Shown: piece after piece, positions 11,451 to 25,722 of the stretch
Layout: each line of letters starts with the position of its first letter
Position numbering within the stretch: position 1 is the stretch's first letter
NCBI RefSeq assembly: GCF_001194135.2
Contig: NC_068983.1
Coordinates: forward strand, 153,461,112 to 153,525,111
Origin: Octopus bimaculoides
Taxonomy: Eukaryota
Direction of reading: 5' to 3'
Length of the DNA stretch: 64,000 nucleotides
The notes under the pieces: model-generated
What the model was told of the DNA's origin: nothing
What the model saw: only the letters and a program-made list of their open reading frames with translations
Database searches by the model: none
Position numbers and translations under genes: made by a program

Positions 11451-12866
11451 NNNNNNNNNNNNNNNNNNNNNNNNNNNNNNNNNNNNNNNNNNNNNNNNNN
11501 NNNNNNNNNNNNNNNNNNNNNNNNNNNNNNNNNNNNNNNNNNNNNNNNNNNNNNNNNNNNNNNNNNNNNNNNNNNNNNNNNNNNNNNNNNNNNNNNNNNN
11601 NNNNNNNNNNNNNNNNNNNNNNNNNNNNNNNNNNNNNNNNNNNNNNNNNNNNNNNNNNNNNNNNNNNNNNNNNNNNNNNNNNNNNNNNNNNNNNNNNNNN
11701 NNNNNNNNNNNNNNNNNNNNNNNNNNNNNNNNNNNNNNNNNNNNNNNNNNNNNNNNNNNNNNNNNNNNNNNNNNNNNNNNNNNNNNNNNNNNNNNNNNNN
11801 NNNNNNNNNNNNNNNNNNNNNNNNNNNNNNNNNNNNNNNNNNNNNNNNNNNNNNNNNNNNNNNNNNNNNNNNNNNNNNNNNNNNNNNNNNNNNNNNNNNN
11901 NNNNNNNNNNNNNNNNNNNNNNNNNNNNNNNNNNNNNNNNNNNNNNNNNNNNNNNNNNNNNNNNNNNNNNNNNNNNNNNNNNNNNNNNNNNNNNNNNNNN
12001 NNNNNNNNNNNNNNNNNNNNNNNNNNNNNNNNNNNNNNNNNNNNNNNNNNNNNNNNNNNNNNNNNNNNNNNNNNNNNNNNNNNNNNNNNNNNNNNNNNNN
12101 NNNNNNNNNNNNNNNNNNNNNNNNNNNNNNNNNNNNNNNNNNNNNNNNNNNNNNNNNNNNNNNNNNNNNNNNNNNNNNNNNNNNNNNNNNNNNNNNNNTA
12201 TATATATACGCACATACATATTGTTTTAGAGAGAAGAAAGTAAATTTCCAAAGCAGTAAAGCTGTAAGAATGGCTGAGAAAGGTTTGGCTATTTACCCTT
12301 ATACAACGCAAACAAGCTGCCAGAGTTATAAAGTTTATAAGATTAAATACACAACATTTCTCTTGCAGCATTACTGCGATCGAAATTTACTTTTTTGCCT
12401 GTAATATAACAAGCATATTCGAGGCTTCCAAATGTTGTTTAATACACACACACACATATATATATATATATCTGAAATCGTGGTATACATGCGCGGCCGG
12501 GAACAAAACGGCCATTTATACGTGGAAAATTCTCTTCCGCCAGAAACTGAACCAGTTACGCAGTTCCAACAGTTGTATTATTACAGCAATGCTGCGATAT
12601 ACGTTCAATAAATTATATTCACTAATATATAAGAACATATTAGGCAAGCTGTTCACAAATATTGGGTAGGCTTTTAAATTCTCATAATCCTGTGTTCATA
12701 TTTTATGTATGCTATATACAATTTATCTGCCTTTGACTTTACATGTCTTCGTCCATTTTTATTTACCTTCATTTCCTTCATTTTGTCTGTATATACATAT
12801 AAGTATGCATATATATATATATATATACACGTATATATGTATATATATATTTATATATGTATATAC

Positions 12867-12910
<44 letters not shown>

Positions 12911-13860
12911 NNNNNNNNNNNNNNNNNNNNNNNNNNNNNNNNNNNNNNNNNNNNNNNNNNNNNNNNNNNNNNNNNNNNNNNNNNNNNNNNNNNNNNNNNN
13001 NNNNNNNNNNNNNNNNNNNNNNNNNNNNNNNNNNNNNNNNNNNNNNNNNNNNNNNNNNNNNNNNNNNNNNNNNNNNNNNNNNNNNNNNNNNNNNNNNNNN
13101 NNNNNNNNNNNNNNNNNNNNNNNNNNNNNNNNNNNNNNNNNNNNNNNNNNNNNNNNNNNNNNNNNNNNNNNNNNNNNNNNNNNNNNNNNNNNNNNNNNNN
13201 NNNNNNNNNNNNNNNNNNNNNNNNNNNNNNNNNNNNNNNNNNNNNNNNNNNNNNNNNNNNNNNNNNNNNNNNNNNNNNNNNNNNNNNNNNNNNNNNNNNN
13301 NNNNNNNNNNNNNNNNNNNNNNNNNNNNNNNNNNNNNNNNNNNNNNNNNNNNNNNNNNNNNNNNNNNNNNNNNNNNNNNNNNNNNNNNNNNNNNNNNNNN
13401 NNNNNNNNNNNNNNNNNNNNNNNNNNNNNNNNNNNNNNNNNNNNNNNNNNNNNNNNNNNNNNNNNNNNNNNNNNNNNNNNNNNNNNNNNNNNNNNNNNNN
13501 NNNNNNNNNNNNNNNNNNNNNNNNNNNNNNNNNNNNNNNNNNNNNNNNNNNNNNNNNNNNNNNNNNNNNNNNNNNNNNNNNNNNNNNNNNNNNNNNNNNN
13601 NNNNNNNNNNNNNNNNNNNNNNNNNNNNNNNNNNNNNNNNNNNNNNNNNNNNNNNNNNNNNNNNNNNNNNNNNNNNNNNNNNNNNNNNNNNNNNNNNNNN
13701 NNNNNNNNNNNNNNNNNNNNNNNNNNNNNNNNNNNNNNNNNNNNNNNNNNNNNNNNNNNNNNNNNNNNNNNNNNNNNNNNNNNNNNNNNNNNNNNNNNNN
13801 NNNNNNNNNNNNNNNNNNNNNNNNNNNNNNNNNNNNNNNNNNNNNNNNNNNNNNNNNNNN

Positions 13861-13925
<65 letters not shown>
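13861..13925. repeat. (GATA)n microsatellite
   Basis: Directly visible after the gap. Confidence 0.95.
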
Positions 13926-15039
13926 GCGTATGTATGCGATATAAATGCAATGTTTATTGAAATTTTCTGTTAAATATACTTTAGCTTATATAACATCAGA
14001 AGCAGCCTTGATCTTTCTTTTTATGAGAAAAATAATTTATTTATTTATATTTTTTATATTATGTTAATATATATGAACAATAAATATTATATCCCCATCT
14101 CTATTTTCAGCAACGCCGACTTAAAAAACAAGACGGCCATAAAACCTCGCCGTAAAGCGTAGATTCTGAAATTAAGATGGAATATTATATTGCAACAATT
14201 ACCATTTGATTGGAGTCCATAAATATGGTCTTCACATTATTTCAAAGATAAATATATTCCTATTTTGTTACTGCTTCTTGTGTTTCTCTTTGTAGATTTT
14301 TGCATTTATTCTTCATAATTCTTATAATTCATGTAGATAGTGTTTTAAGTGTTAAAACTTATGATGTGTCCCTTAATTGTTTTTTGTTATTTAGTGCAAA
14401 ATTATATTTGATTGATCAGACCTATTATTAAAGATAATCGAGCCGTAGCAATCTATCTAATTCATTTTTTTCTGAAAGAATATTTTATATGGGTTGGGTT
14501 GCGAGGGTGGCGTTGGAACGATATCACTAAACATATTGAACCGCATTGTACGGTGTTAAACTATCCCATCTCCAAGTTTCAGTTTCTAGCTAAATGCTTT
14601 CAGTTTCACTTGAACCAACCATGTAGTCCGTTTTGCAAAATAATTCACGCATGCAGATATTTCAAGTAATTTAAAACTGCAATGCATGTTTTTTGTTCGA
14701 TCTTAACTTTCAACGGGAAGAGGCTATATGTTGGTTTCTTTTTTGCAGAAGTGCGAGACCACATTTATTTCTTCACAGCAACGTTTTAAAGAAAATTTGA
14801 ACTATTACAATTTAACACCCTAAATTTCAAAAAGAAATAAAAGATCTGTTTATATAATATAGAAATTAAATACTTAAAATGTGTATCTCTTTGTTGGTGA
14901 AATCTACAGACAAAGGTCAAATGATTTAGATAAGTGCGATGAACTACAATATAAGTTACACCGAACTCTATTTGATGAGGTCCACTGAAACTTATAAGTA
15001 TATAAAATGAATAAAACATTCACAGCACTCTTTATGGAT

Positions 15040-15084
<45 letters not shown>

Positions 15085-15466
15085 NNNNNNNNNNNNNNNN
15101 NNNNNNNNNNNNNNNNNNNNNNNNNNNNNNNNNNNNNNNNNNNNNNNNNNNNNNNNNNNNNNNNNNNNNNNNNNNNNNNNNNNNNNNNNNNNNNNNNNNN
15201 NNNNNNNNNNNNNNNNNNNNNNTAAATAGAGCTCAAAATTGATCCGTTGAAAATACTTTATTGCAACAACAATAACAATAATAACAATAATAATAACAAA
15301 TAAATAGACCTATGTACATTTCGATAGAACATCTACAATGATTAATACATATCATAAAATATTATAAAATATTATAAAATATAGTATACTCCATTTCCTC
15401 GGGGTCCCATTATTATTGCTATCATCACCGTCATTATTATTAGCAATACACATCTCCATAAAACGA

Positions 15467-15505
<39 letters not shown>

Positions 15506-15772
15506 TAGGCACTCAACACGACATACTGAACAAATATGAGAAAGTGTGTGGTAAGGAGAAAATGAGCTGAAAAGAATATGTAGCGCAATCCTATGTCAGG
15601 ATACGCACATTTCAACCGTAAACTAATTCCTTAACAGCGCATTTTTGCATAACGTCATGTCATTTAAAGGATTTTTGCTTATAGTCTTATTACTTGCCGA
15701 TACACAGTAAGTTTACACCAACCAGGAATTTTGAGTCAAAATGCATTCCAGTTTCATAATTAATAGCACACT

Positions 15773-15911
15773 TTTCAAATTTCGCCGAGGTCGAGTTTGC
15801 CCTTCAACCTTTCGGGGCCGATAAATTAACTACCAGTTGAGTAATGGGGTCGATGTAATCGACTATCTTGTTGCCACCCAAATTTCAGGCCTTGTGCCTA
15901 AAGTAGAAAAG
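15773..15911 (+). mobile_element. SINE family A, 5'-truncated, 17-bp TSD with one mismatch
   Basis: Starts in the B-box (ttcaaatttcgccgaggtcgag). ATAATTAAT(A/G)GCACACT lies at 15756-15772 and 15912-15928. Confidence 0.9.
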
Positions 15912-16645
15912 ATAATTAATGGCACACTCACCAAACTGATTAGGTGCAATTAATTACAATTACTGAACCCTTACATATTAAAATATTTCCCAAAGGTCAA
16001 GTTGTATTTCACTACCAAAAATTTTCAATATATTTTAAGTGCGATACGATGGTATGGATAACTCATGCCATTTGCCTTTTTAGCAAAGATATGCCTATGT
16101 TTCAAAAGATGGGGCATACGTGTATAAAGTGAAATACAGTATGTACCTAGCAAGCTATCTTCTGCAGTTTAATAACTCGTTATAATATCTTCAACTCTAA
16201 AGGGCCAGCAGTAAACTACGAACCAGTATTGATTCGTAAAATGCACAGCGTTTTGCTAAAGTGTTTTAATCACCTATGTAGACGTGGGTGTATATAGAAA
16301 TGCTCTCGAATCTTGACATTATGGGCCTAGTGTTAGCAAAAAGGAAAGAGAGGAATAAAAATATTCAGGTGGTATATAGGGGCAGGTTGAAATGTAGTTC
16401 CTTACTCAAAGATACAAGAAGCCGCCCATTTCAAGATTTAAATACACGACATTATGTTCGTAAGCTGAATATGCCTTACCACAAGGTCACTCACCTTCAT
16501 ACAAGATCTATAAGTTTGCGCACAGCTTCTGGGGTTCCCAACCGATCACCCATCTAGGAATTAAAAACTCGATGTCGCTTGACGAGAACCGGTGTGTCAA
16601 TGTGTTATATTCGTTAAAAATAATGCTGAAGAAATATGGTACATA

Positions 16646-16875
16646 GGAGGCGAGCTGGCAGAAAAGTTAGCACGTCGGGCGAAATGCTTAGCGGTATTTC
16701 GTCTGACGTCACGTTCTGAGTTCAAATTCTGCCGAGGTCGACTTAGCCTTTCATCCTTTCGGGGTCGATTAAATAAGTACTAGTTACGCACTGGGGTCGA
16801 TATAACCGAGTTAATCCGTTTGTCTGTCCTTGTTTGTCCCCTCTGTGTGTAGCCCATTGTGGGCAGTAAGGAAAT
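16646..16875 (+). mobile_element. SINE family A', alternative 3' tail, perfect 17-bp TSD
   Basis: Family A head and body, then the tail ttaatccgtttgtctgtccttgtttgtcccctctg...gggcagtaaggaaat. AAGAAATATGGTACATA lies at 16629-16645 and 16876-16892. Confidence 0.9.
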
Positions 16876-19599
16876 AAGAAATATGGTACATAATCCTTAT
16901 GTAGGCATCAACGTTATTTCTGGATAAATATATTACCTGCAAAAGGATATAACAGACCAAAGAAAAAAAAATTAATAAAGTAGTTTTATATAAAACCGCT
17001 CCCGTTAAGCTGATATGATTATACAAGTCTGCATAACTCTAATTACATTCACATTAACGTTTGGCTCGTATTTCCTGACCAAACCTTTCCAATTCAATAA
17101 TCCCATCAACTTTCCGTCAGCATGTCGAGGACTACAATGTCTAATAAATCGTTTGTTTTAGATGATAGGTAGGCAATTTCGTTTCATGTAGCCCTGAAGA
17201 ACACTGTGTTATTAACACAATATTTCCTTAAATTGATTTTTCCCGGACGTAAAAAGGCAGCTTATTAAGTATTGATAATGCTTTATATATATATANNNNN
17301 NNNNNNNNNNNNNNNNNNNNNNNNNNNNNNNNNNNNNNNNNNNNNNNNNNNNNNNNNNNNNNNNNNNNNNNNNNNNNNNNNNNNNNNNNNNNNNNNNNNN
17401 NNNNNNNNNNNNNNNNNNNNNNNNNNNNNNNNNATATAGGTGTATGTTCATACATACTTAAAAGCGTATATACCTATGTGCGGATATATCTGTGGAAGTT
17501 ATCATTTAGTCAATTCTAATTTGTTTGTTAATGTGTTTGTAGTTGTATAAAGATGTGTAGAGTTTTGTCGGTGGTTGTAAAAGCCATTACTGTATTTGGT
17601 TATATATTTTACATTCTTTCGAAAATTGTGTCACGGTTGCACTTATGTTCCCTCCGTATGTGCTCATCACGATTTTGTACCAGCAATGATTAGTTTATAT
17701 CAATCGACAATAGCGTTTGTCAGATCAGCTCAGTTAGAATGTGACTGACACAGCTGAACGCATTTGTAACTGAGTTTATTATTTGGTCAATATTGAAGGC
17801 ATCAGTGTTTTTGCTAGTAGTTCAATTAGAAAAGTAGATCATCGGAAAGTCTCAAATGGCATAGACTGCTGCAGTGGAAATACTCTTTACGTAAATTCGA
17901 TCCTAAAAGTAAACCGTCACATCATTGTTTGACGTCGTTGCATTAGCCGATAGACGATGTTTCCCTCAAAATCCAAAAGTCAATTCCCATGCAAAAGCAA
18001 AAGCTATTGTGTAATATCTATCATATGTATTTAACCTCATCTAGCCTTGCGAAATCAATTATATTAAAACCAAAAATGCCAGAGTTTTGCAGCGATTTAA
18101 TTTGTAGATTCTCAAAAAAAAAAAAACCAGTGAACACTGTCGCGTTCGTGTCCTAATTTATGCTATTTGTCTTTTACTATAGTGACTCAGTATTCATCGA
18201 GACTCCTGCGTAAGATATAAGTATCTGAAAAGGACGCTTACCTTGCATTTGACATCTTGGAAATAATAGCGGGAATCATTAATTGGAACAGAATATTATC
18301 ATGACACTGTAGGAATTCCACACACTTGCGTCGTTCCAGTATTCACCTCATTGTGTAAACTCTATAACACCATCTGCAAATCATATATTACTGTCTGATT
18401 ACAATATACAGTTTCAATATATCATCTAAGCATAATGTGTGGTGAGCGTGTACGATATTTTCATTAGAGTAGTTATGTATATGACATAAGAATTCACAGC
18501 CGATTATCGAATAAACGATACGATTGACTTAATGGTATTATCGAATGAAATGTGAATGTAATATTCATTACCTGAGAAGTTGAGATCAACAAACATTTAT
18601 AACGACATGTGGAATGGCTAGATGATAAAATGTTCGTGAAAACTGCTGTCAGAACCATTCAGTAATTTATAAATCATCCTGCCGCGTACATGTTCACATA
18701 TCCATATTTATGTAAGTCATATCTAAGAATCAATATGTGTATGTATAAATCTCTCGTTTATACACACAACACATATGCACACTTTCACACACAACATATA
18801 TATGTATGTATGTATGTGCGCGCGTTATTCTGGAATGTAATGAATGCGTGTGCGTGTGTGTTTGTGTGCATGTATAAGGTATTCATAACTCATTAATTTA
18901 AAGACATTTAAGGTATGGAACATTAGCATTGTTATAAAACAACTAAATTGCTTTTATTTAATTCCTTCCCTTTCAGAATTATATCAACGGATGTCAGTGC
19001 AAACCGTCACCTTTTATATAATAAAACTGTCCTTATTGCATCATACAGTGTGATAAAATGTACATCATAGATATAAGAGAAAAGTTAGCTGCCAATAAAC
19101 AGCGATATGATCAAAGTTAAGAACAATGGTAACAACAACAAAACAATTACAATTGTATCTCCGACAAAGGCATGATAAAGTATTCAGTAAACAATAGCCA
19201 ATAACGCCATGGATCTCGTGATAGCGTATTTTACGAAAACAAGCCTTCTCCTCCAAGCTCGTTTAATCGCCATTATCCTTGTCAACCTTAGCGTTATGAT
19301 GATAATCATGACGTCCATGAACACGATTGAGCTCATCACTGTCATCCACGTCGTCATTATTATCAACGCCATGCTCATCATTGTCGTGCCGCTGTTGCCA
19401 TTGTCGTGACCAACATGAACGTGATCGTTATTCTTCTAATTACTAAGAATAACCGTATATCTCTCTTTATCTGATCGAAAGTAGAATTCATATATTTCAA
19501 CAAGATCAGTTATAATTACACAATATCATGGCATATATGCATACAAACATTGTGTGTGTGTGTGTGTATATAGTGTGTATTCACCACGATAGGTCGCTG

Positions 19600-19687
19600 A
19601 CCACTACATTTATATGTTTTTCTCCTTGTTTCTCTCTTTGTTTCTTTCTGTGTTCCTTTCAGTTGAAGAGCGTAGGCTCGAAACGTC
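19600..19687 (+). mobile_element. Penelope-type terminal repeat fragment with degenerate minimal hammerhead-like motif
   Basis: CAGTTGAA-GAGC-gtag-GCTC-GAAAC-GTC (19660-19687); homologous to the minus-strand motif at 23408-23435. Confidence 0.5.
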
Positions 19688-19704
19688 TGTCTATCTGTCG
19701 ATAG

Positions 19705-19797
<93 letters not shown>
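19705..19797. repeat. (AG)n microsatellite
   Basis: Directly visible. Confidence 0.95.
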
Positions 19798-19798
<1 letters not shown>

Positions 19799-20029
19799 TC
19801 CATATATCAGTTGAAATCATGTGTTGGTTGTCAAAATAAATTCAGTTACTTTATCTTATTGTTATTTTCGAAAGTTGTGAATAGCATGCTTGCGTCATCT
19901 TTTCGGTTCTCTATATGAAATCATATAAAGAAGTGAAAAGATGACTAGAGCATTGGATAGCCCACCTATTGTAGTAGACAAGATGCTGGAATCCATCTTT
20001 GTCAATATACTGCTAGCTTGAACACTCAG

Positions 20030-20330
20030 CGCCGATAGTTATCTTTTGAAGTACCCTGTTTAGATAATGTGAGGTTACAAGGGAATATGGTTCACACACA
20101 TGTATATCTTGCAATCTTTATGGGCAGAATGGTTTCCATATTTTGCTCTTCTGTGTGTTCTAGCAAGGAACAACTTTCCGATTGGTAGATACTACAAGCT
20201 GCGTTAATCTTCTCATTGGTACAGCTGGCAATTACAAGGTCCAGGTGAAAGATGTCCTGTCAAGGATACTCTATTTAGTATCGAGAAGTTGTTTAATGCT
20301 CCTGTACCATAGAGCAATGCAAGGAATGGA
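20030..20330 (+). pseudogene. Possible very decayed Penelope-like reverse transcriptase fragment
   Basis: The translation LQGNMVHTHVYLAIFMGRM resembles the Penelope RT motif Q..GTAMG...AP.YANLFMG. The downstream YIDD motif cannot be recovered, so support is weak. Confidence 0.2.
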
Positions 20331-20587
20331 ACATGATATATTGTATGCAACTGAATTTGCTGTTTGAAATAATGTGCATCGTAAACTGGCTACCACGTTA
20401 GTATCTATTGAGTCTATACTCATAAAACTATGTACGAGTGGGCATTAGCAGGAGTTAAAACATACGGTGAATCTCCTGATACTATAAATTGAAATAACGT
20501 GAAGTTGAGCGAAACTTTAATTAAATGCTATATGTTTGTTGTTACTTTATTTCAGTGCTCACTATCACTCATATGTACATACCTACG

Positions 20588-20589
<2 letters not shown>

Positions 20590-20672
<83 letters not shown>

Positions 20673-21600
20673 TTATCTATCTATCTGAAAGGTCTAGNNN
20701 NNNNNNNNNNNNNNNNNNNNNNNNNNNNNNNNNNNNNNNNNNNNNNNNNNNNNNNNNNNNNNNNNNNNNNNNNNNNNNNNNNNNNNNNNNNNNNNNNNNN
20801 NNNNNNNNNNNNNNNNNNNNNNNNNNNNNNNNNNNNNNNNNNNNNNNNNNNNNNNNNNNNNNNNNNNNNNNNNNNNNNNNNNNNNNNNNNNNNNNNNNNN
20901 NNNNNNNNNNNNNNNNNNNNNNNNNNNNNNNNNNNNNNNNNNNNNNNNNNNNNNNNNNNNNNNNNNNNNNNNNNNNNNNNNNNNNNNNNNNNNNNNNNNN
21001 NNNNNNNNNNNNNNNNNNNNNNNNNNNNNNNNNNNNNNNNNNNNNNNNNNNNNNNNNNNNNNNNNNNNNNNNNNNNNNNNNNNNNNNNNNNNNNNNNNNN
21101 NNNNNNNNNNNNNNNNNNNNNNNNNNNNNNNNNNNNNNNNNNNNNNNNNNNNNNNNNNNNNNNNNNNNNNNNNNNNNNNNNNNNNNNNNNNNNNNNNNNN
21201 NNNNNNNNNNNNNNNNNNNNNNNNNNNNNNNNNNNNNNNNNNNNNNNNNNNNNNNNNNNNNNNNNNNNNNNNNNNNNNNNNNNNNNNNNNNNNNNNNNNN
21301 NNNNNNNNNNNNNNNNNNNNNNNNNNNNNNNNNNNNNNNNNNNNNNNNNNNNNNNNNNNNNNNNNNNNNNNNNNNNNNNNNNNNNNNNNNNNNNNNNNNN
21401 NNNNNNNNNNNNNNNNNNNNNNNNNNNNNTATATATATATATATATCCATCCATCTACCTACCTACCTACATATTTACCTCCCTACCTCCCTACCAACCT
21501 ACTTACCTATATCTCCCTATTTATCTATCTATCTATCTATATATCTATCTATCTAACTATCTATCGAACTAATTAACTAATTAACAAACTAGCTAACTAC
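20590..21600. repeat. (CTAT)n/(CTAC)n microsatellite block spanning a gap
   Basis: Directly visible on both sides of the gap at 20698-21429. Confidence 0.9.
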
Positions 21601-22232
21601 ATATGTGTGCGCGTGTGTGCGTGCGTATGCACGTGTGTGTGTGCGTGTGCGTGCCTGCGTGCGTGCGTATACTTGAGTATTCACCTGTGCGACCATAAGG
21701 CACATGTGCTACTCTGCTTTATGTTGTGCATTTTGTGTGGTATCAGTTATAGGTTAGATTTAGCCTGAGCATCTCTGTCAATCAATTAGTGCTAAAATCT
21801 TCTTCATTGATACATTTCTGTCAGAATACAGCAACTTTGAACAGGAAACATTATTCCTAACAACAGACTAGCACTGAAATATATAATACAGAAGATGAAT
21901 CGAATATTTATCGCGATAATTTTTATCAGATATTTGCTTTTTCTTCCACAAATTTTAACAACGTATTTATAATAGAATCTGAGATGTACATTAACAAATA
22001 ACCAATTTATAATTGAAGTTCATATTTGAAAGCATAACTGGTATGTAAATACATGCTTTAAATATTATAATAAGGATTCATATATATNNNNNNNNNNNNN
22101 NNNNNNNNNNNNNNNNNNNNNNNNNNNNNNNNNNNNNNNNNNNNNNNNNNNNNNNNNNNNNNNNNNNNNNNNNNNNNNNNNNNNNNNNNNNNNNNNNNNN
22201 NNNNNNNNNNNNNNNNNNNNNNNNNNNNNNNN

Positions 22233-22696
22233 ATATATAAAGATAAATTAAATATAGCGATATTCGATTGACAATCCAATAATTTCTTTATATTACAATG
22301 CTACATTAAATACTATGAATATAATATATAACATAACACAATATTACATGACATAAATAATTATGAAAACCATAAAAGGCCAACAAATTGTTTCGACTTA
22401 ATTTTTTTTTATTAATTTTTACAATCCAGCCGTCCTTTCAAACGGAATTTCTTCTTTTTCTAAAGCCAAAGCACTGAAGTTACTTTATTTATAATGGAAC
22501 TGTGATTATGTATATCAGTAAAAATACGTATAAGTCGAAACAATCTGTTGGCTTTTTATAGTTTTCATAATTATTTATGTTATATAATATTATGTTATGT
22601 TATATATTATATTCATAGTATTTTATGTAATATTGTGATATAAACAAAATATTGGATTGTCAATTGAATGTCTCTATATTTACTTTAACTTTATAA
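22233..22696. mobile_element. AT-rich fold-back (MITE-like) element with arms of about 165 bp
   Basis: 22233-22400 (...gattgacaatccaata...ataattatgaaaaccataaaaggccaacaaattgtttcgactta) is the near reverse complement of 22531-22696 (taagtcgaaacaatctgttggctttttatagttttcataattat...tattggattgtcaat). The left end abuts a gap. Confidence 0.8.
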
Positions 22697-23374
22697 TTGA
22701 ATTATACCAATATTTATATGGTATCCATCGGACGTACGAGTGAATTGGATGTTTAGCACACCACTTTGAAGGATTTCTTTTCCTCTGTTTGTAACTATAT
22801 ATATATATATATATATCCCAATTTAGCAATTTTTACCCAGTATTTATATAGTTAAATGTTTCGATTGTTCGGCCGGAGTAATACACAGTTGAATGTATTC
22901 ACTGTTGTACTATTCTGACTCGGGACGATGCTTCAGGATATTTATTTGATTTGAATTATTGATGTATAAAGATGGAACTAAGTGCGCATCTTTACCTCCT
23001 GTATTTCGGTACGCATTATAAGTTCATAATTATGCATTTTTCAGCAACATTACTGATGAACCACGGATGGTTAATTAATCAATTGATTGACTAATTAATT
23101 GATTTATTTGATCACTAACGGTGAAATTCATGGCTATAGGGTTAACTGACACTTTTATTCATTTAGATATCCAGCTCGCTTATAAGCAATGTGCTTCAAA
23201 GAAGAATCCTTCTTTTCGTGGTTTGGGTTTTGACTGCCCTTTTCTGCATGTAAGGAGTCCACATGGTAGTCTTCTCTTCATGTATAAATGTTTATACACT
23301 ATTATATATATATATAGTTCAAATTTACAGAAACAAAAGACAAAACCGATGAGTGAAAAACTAGCAGGTGTTTT

Positions 23375-23480
23375 GGTTTGACGCTTGGGGAGGATGTAAA
23401 AGTCATTGACGTTTCGAGCTAAGGCTTTTTAACAGAAAAGGCTGAGGGGAATAAAATGGAGAACGAAAACACGTGTAGGG
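23375..23480 (-). mobile_element. Penelope-type terminal repeat fragment with degenerate minimal hammerhead-like motif
   Basis: Reverse complement reads CTGTTAAA-AAGC-ctta-GCTC-GAAAC-GTC...CCCAAGCGTC. Confidence 0.5.
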
Positions 23481-23524
23481 ATTAACGGCTCAACGTGATG
23501 AAAAATATGTGTATATATATATAC

Positions 23525-23600
<76 letters not shown>

Positions 23601-24167
23601 NNNNNNNNNNNNNNNNNNNNNNNNNNNNNNNNNNNNNNNNNNNNNNNNNNNNNNNNNNNNNNNNNNNNNNNNNNNNNNNNNNNNNNNNNNNNNNNNNNNN
23701 NNNNNNNNNNNNNNNNNNNNNNNNNNNNNNNNNNNNNNNNNNNNNNNNNNNNNNNNNNNNNNNNNNNNNNNNNNNNNNNNNNNNNNNNNNNNNNNNNNNN
23801 NNNNNNNNNNNNNNNNNNNNNNNNNNNNNNNNNNNNNNNNNNNNNNNNNNNNNNNNNNNNNNNNNNNNNNNNNNNNNNNNNNNNNNNNNNNNNNNNNNNN
23901 NNNNNNNNNNNNNNNNNNNNNNNNNNNNNNNNNNNNNNNNNNNNNNNNNNNNNNNNNNNNNNNNNNNNNNNNNNNNNNNNNNNNNNNNNNNNNNNNNNNN
24001 NNNNNNNNNNNNNNNNNNNNNNNNNNNNNNNNNNNNNNNNNNNNNNNNNNNNNNNNNNNNNNNNNNNNNNNNNNNNNNNNNNNNNNNNNNNNNNNNNNNN
24101 NNNNNNNNNNNNNNNNNNNNNNNNNNNNNNNNNNNNNNNNNNNNNNNNNNNNNNNNNNNNNNNNNNN

Positions 24168-24207
<40 letters not shown>

Positions 24208-25118
24208 ATAAATGTTAACGATATTTTGCACTGTTAATATTGATTTCTAATATCCACACAAAGCCAGACATATTAGCTGAAGGGAGATTTGAATATATTT
24301 TCCAAGATATACTATGTCTGAATAATAATAAAAAGGAAAACGATTGATGTCTTTGATCGCAGTTCTGCTTGGTGAAGCCAGACATAGGTCAACAATCAGA
24401 GTTATAATTGACTGATATATTATATTAAATCAACTACAGAATATTGATGGGTAAATTGTTCTCACTGAAATTGGAACGCAGAATGCAAGGTTACGTATAT
24501 ATGCAAATACTCCATTGATCGTATCAGAGTACCATCCTACCAATATGCATTGACTTGTAACGCTGAAATAAAGCTAACATTTTTTAGGGGTAATATCAGG
24601 AATATTATCTTCATGGGCATAATGTCAATCTTCTATTGAATAAATTTTATTCTAAGGTCACCACTACACCAGCAAAAAAAATTAACTTGAAATATCCAAA
24701 ATCATACTAGAGAGGTCACCAATATGCTAGAAATAGCAGAGTATTTCTCAGAAATCATGCCTTATTGGTTTAAATGGCTTGGGATTGAATGCTTTCTTAT
24801 GTATTTAAAAAAAATAGCAATGCAATACAAAAACAACATCCAAATTATAAGTTAATCTATATTTCCAGTCATCCTATGTACACCAGTCATTAATGCATGA
24901 GTCTAAATGACTTATGTTATCATAGTTTGCCCCGTCTTTCAAATTTCTGAAAAAGCCTCCATTGATATTTAAAAACTTTATGAGTTAAAAATTTGCATAC
25001 TGGTAATATAGATTTGTCAATAAAATATATTAAATTAGATGCAATGAAATTTATTCATATCCTTTATAAGTGGAATATAGGATAATGAAGATGCCAAATA
25101 TATATATATATGTATGTA

Positions 25119-25181
<63 letters not shown>

Positions 25182-25535
25182 NNNNNNNNNNNNNNNNNNN
25201 NNNNNNNNNNNNNNNNNNNNNNNNNNNNNNNNNNNNNNNNNNNNNNNNNNNNNNNNNNNNNNNNNNNNNNNNNNNNNNNNNNNNNNNNNNNNNNNNNNNN
25301 NNNNNNNNNNNNNNNNNNNNNNNNNNNNNNNNNNNNNNNNNNNNNNNNNNNNNNNNNNNNNNNNNNNNNNNNNNNNNNNNNNNNNNNNNNNNNTATATAT
25401 AGATATAGATATATATATATATATATTGGTGACACTGTCCAGTGCGTAAAATGTCATATAACTCTATGTTAAACTAAAATAAAGGGATGCCGCACTGGCC
25501 CTCACACCTCAAGTACAATAATCTATGTTTAACTT

Positions 25536-25722
25536 GGGTTACGTTCCCAAAAGCCCTGTGATATGTGAAAATCCGCGAATTAAAAACAGTACTATACTGT
25601 ATATATTTTTAATATTATTTTTATGATTTGTATATATTTATTTTATCATAAATACAAAACGACACTACGGAGGAATCGAGATAAGCTTAAATAATATATC
25701 ACGGTAGGTGAACCGCGATATG
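25536..25722. mobile_element. pogo/Tigger-type MITE remnant
   Basis: gggttacgttcccaaaagccctgtgatatgtgaaaatccgcg and ggtgaaccgcgatat resemble the sub-terminal motifs of pogo/Tigger MITEs as I recall them. The outer TIR ends are not recognisable. Confidence 0.45.

Noticed and set aside
11376-13950. ORFs of 250-390 aa here and at 20.5, 23.5, 35, 39.3, 40.6, 48.6 and 58.4 kb
   Set aside because: They consist almost entirely of X from assembly gaps plus dinucleotide repeats.
18242-18306. Minus-strand candidate exon with a strong AAG/GTAAGC donor (CHDNILFQLMIPAIISKMSNA)
   Set aside because: The acceptor is weak, the peptide is uninformative, and no partner exon is identifiable; RNA-seq would be needed.
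18829-18850. TGGAATGTAA resembling the miR-1 5' end (also near 31430)
   Set aside because: The 3' part does not match miR-1 and there is no complementary arm for a precursor hairpin.
23054-23080. CTGATGA-ACCA-cgga-TGGT hammerhead-like start
   Set aside because: Followed by TAAT instead of GAAA, so the second half of the core is missing.
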